The notes beneath the pieces were generated by a model. The model was not told where the DNA came from and ran no database searches. It saw only the letters and a list, made by a program, of their open reading frames with translations. From NCBI GenBank assembly GCA_965287045.1, contig OZ336874.1, positions 58,094,001-58,158,000 on the forward strand: a DNA stretch of 64,000 bases. Reading direction: 5' to 3'. Shown piece by piece: positions 63,265 to 64,000 of the stretch; the first letter of the stretch is position 1; every line of letters begins with the position of its first letter. The position numbers were made by a program, and so were the translations under genes. This stretch comes from Carcharhinus amblyrhynchos (lineage: Eukaryota).

Positions 63265-63830
63265 TTTGTTCATGGGATGTGAGTATTGCTGGCAAGGCCA
63301 GCATTTATTGTCCGTCCCTAACTTTTTGCTGTTGCCCACGTGCTGTAGGTAGATCCACAGTGCTGTTAGGGTGGGAGTTCCAGGTTTTTGATCCGGTCAC
63401 TGTGTAGAAGGGGCAATAGTTCCAAGTTAGAATTGTGTGGCTTGATGGGCAACTTGCAGGTGGCGATGTTCTCCTGCATTTGCTGCCCATTTCCTTCCTT
63501 TAGGTGGTAGAGGTCACTGGTTTGGAAGGTGCTGTTGTTGGAATCTTGGTGAGTTGCTCCAGTAAATCTTGTGGATGAATGTTTGTTTGTTTAAGGTGCT
63601 GAGCAAGCAGGCTGCTTTGTCCTGGATGGTGTCAATTTCATTGAATGTTGGAGTTGCACTTGTCAAAGCAAGTGGAGAATTTTCCATGACACTCCTGCAT
63701 TCTGCCTTATCAAGTAAGCTTTGGGGAGTTGAGTTACCACAGAATTCCCAGCATCTGACCTTTTTGTGTAGCCATGGTATTTATGTGGCTGGTCCAGTTA
63801 AGTTTCTGATCAATATAACACAGGATGTTG
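63265..63830 (-). mobile_element. LINE family A 3' fragment
   Basis: GGCCAGCATTTATTG.CC.TCCCTAA...GGGAGTTCCAGG.TTTTGA...GGCTGCTTTGTCCTGGATGGTGTCA. Confidence 0.85.
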
Positions 63831-64000
63831 ACGTAATATTTACATCTGCCACTGGGATAGCCTTAGCCGCTGCTGTAGTGCTCTAACACTATCTGATTAT
63901 CCTTTGGGGTAGGGAAGGAGTGAAGCTAAAGATGGAGAAAAGTGATATAAGGGGTCTTTTCCAAGTTGGGATGAATTCTGAGTGGTGCCTGCTAATGAAA

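Noticed and set aside
52225-64000. TLE1 exon 5 (expected ~TEIAKRLN..CAQVIPFLSQE)
   Set aside because: No matching segment found by eye or in the ORF track; presumably beyond the window.

Overview
Vertebrate nuclear DNA, almost certainly from an elasmobranch (shark), judged from HE1/V-SINEs, Deu-domain SINEs, CR1/L2/RTE LINEs and Harbinger relics. The only host gene is the 5' end of a Groucho/TLE corepressor, most likely TLE1, on the + strand. It has a CpG-rich CCAAT/PBX-MEIS promoter at about 49.5-50.0 kb and four coding exons (24, 101, 64 and 45 nt) encoding the start of the Q domain; intron 4 runs off the window. The 49 kb upstream is gene-free. It holds a degenerate ~30-bp satellite, many retroposons, decayed two-gene Harbinger transposons and their MITEs, an inverted-duplicated Gypsy pol fragment, and several repeat-free blocks that look like enhancers. 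The most unusual object is a ~210-bp A-tailed element at 39611-39823. It has a U2 snRNA-derived head followed by two structurally identical hairpins with compensatory base changes, so it is a candidate U2-headed SINE or a retrocopy of an unannotated structured RNA. Repeat boundaries were read by eye and are approximate; family names come from recalled consensus motifs, not database searches.
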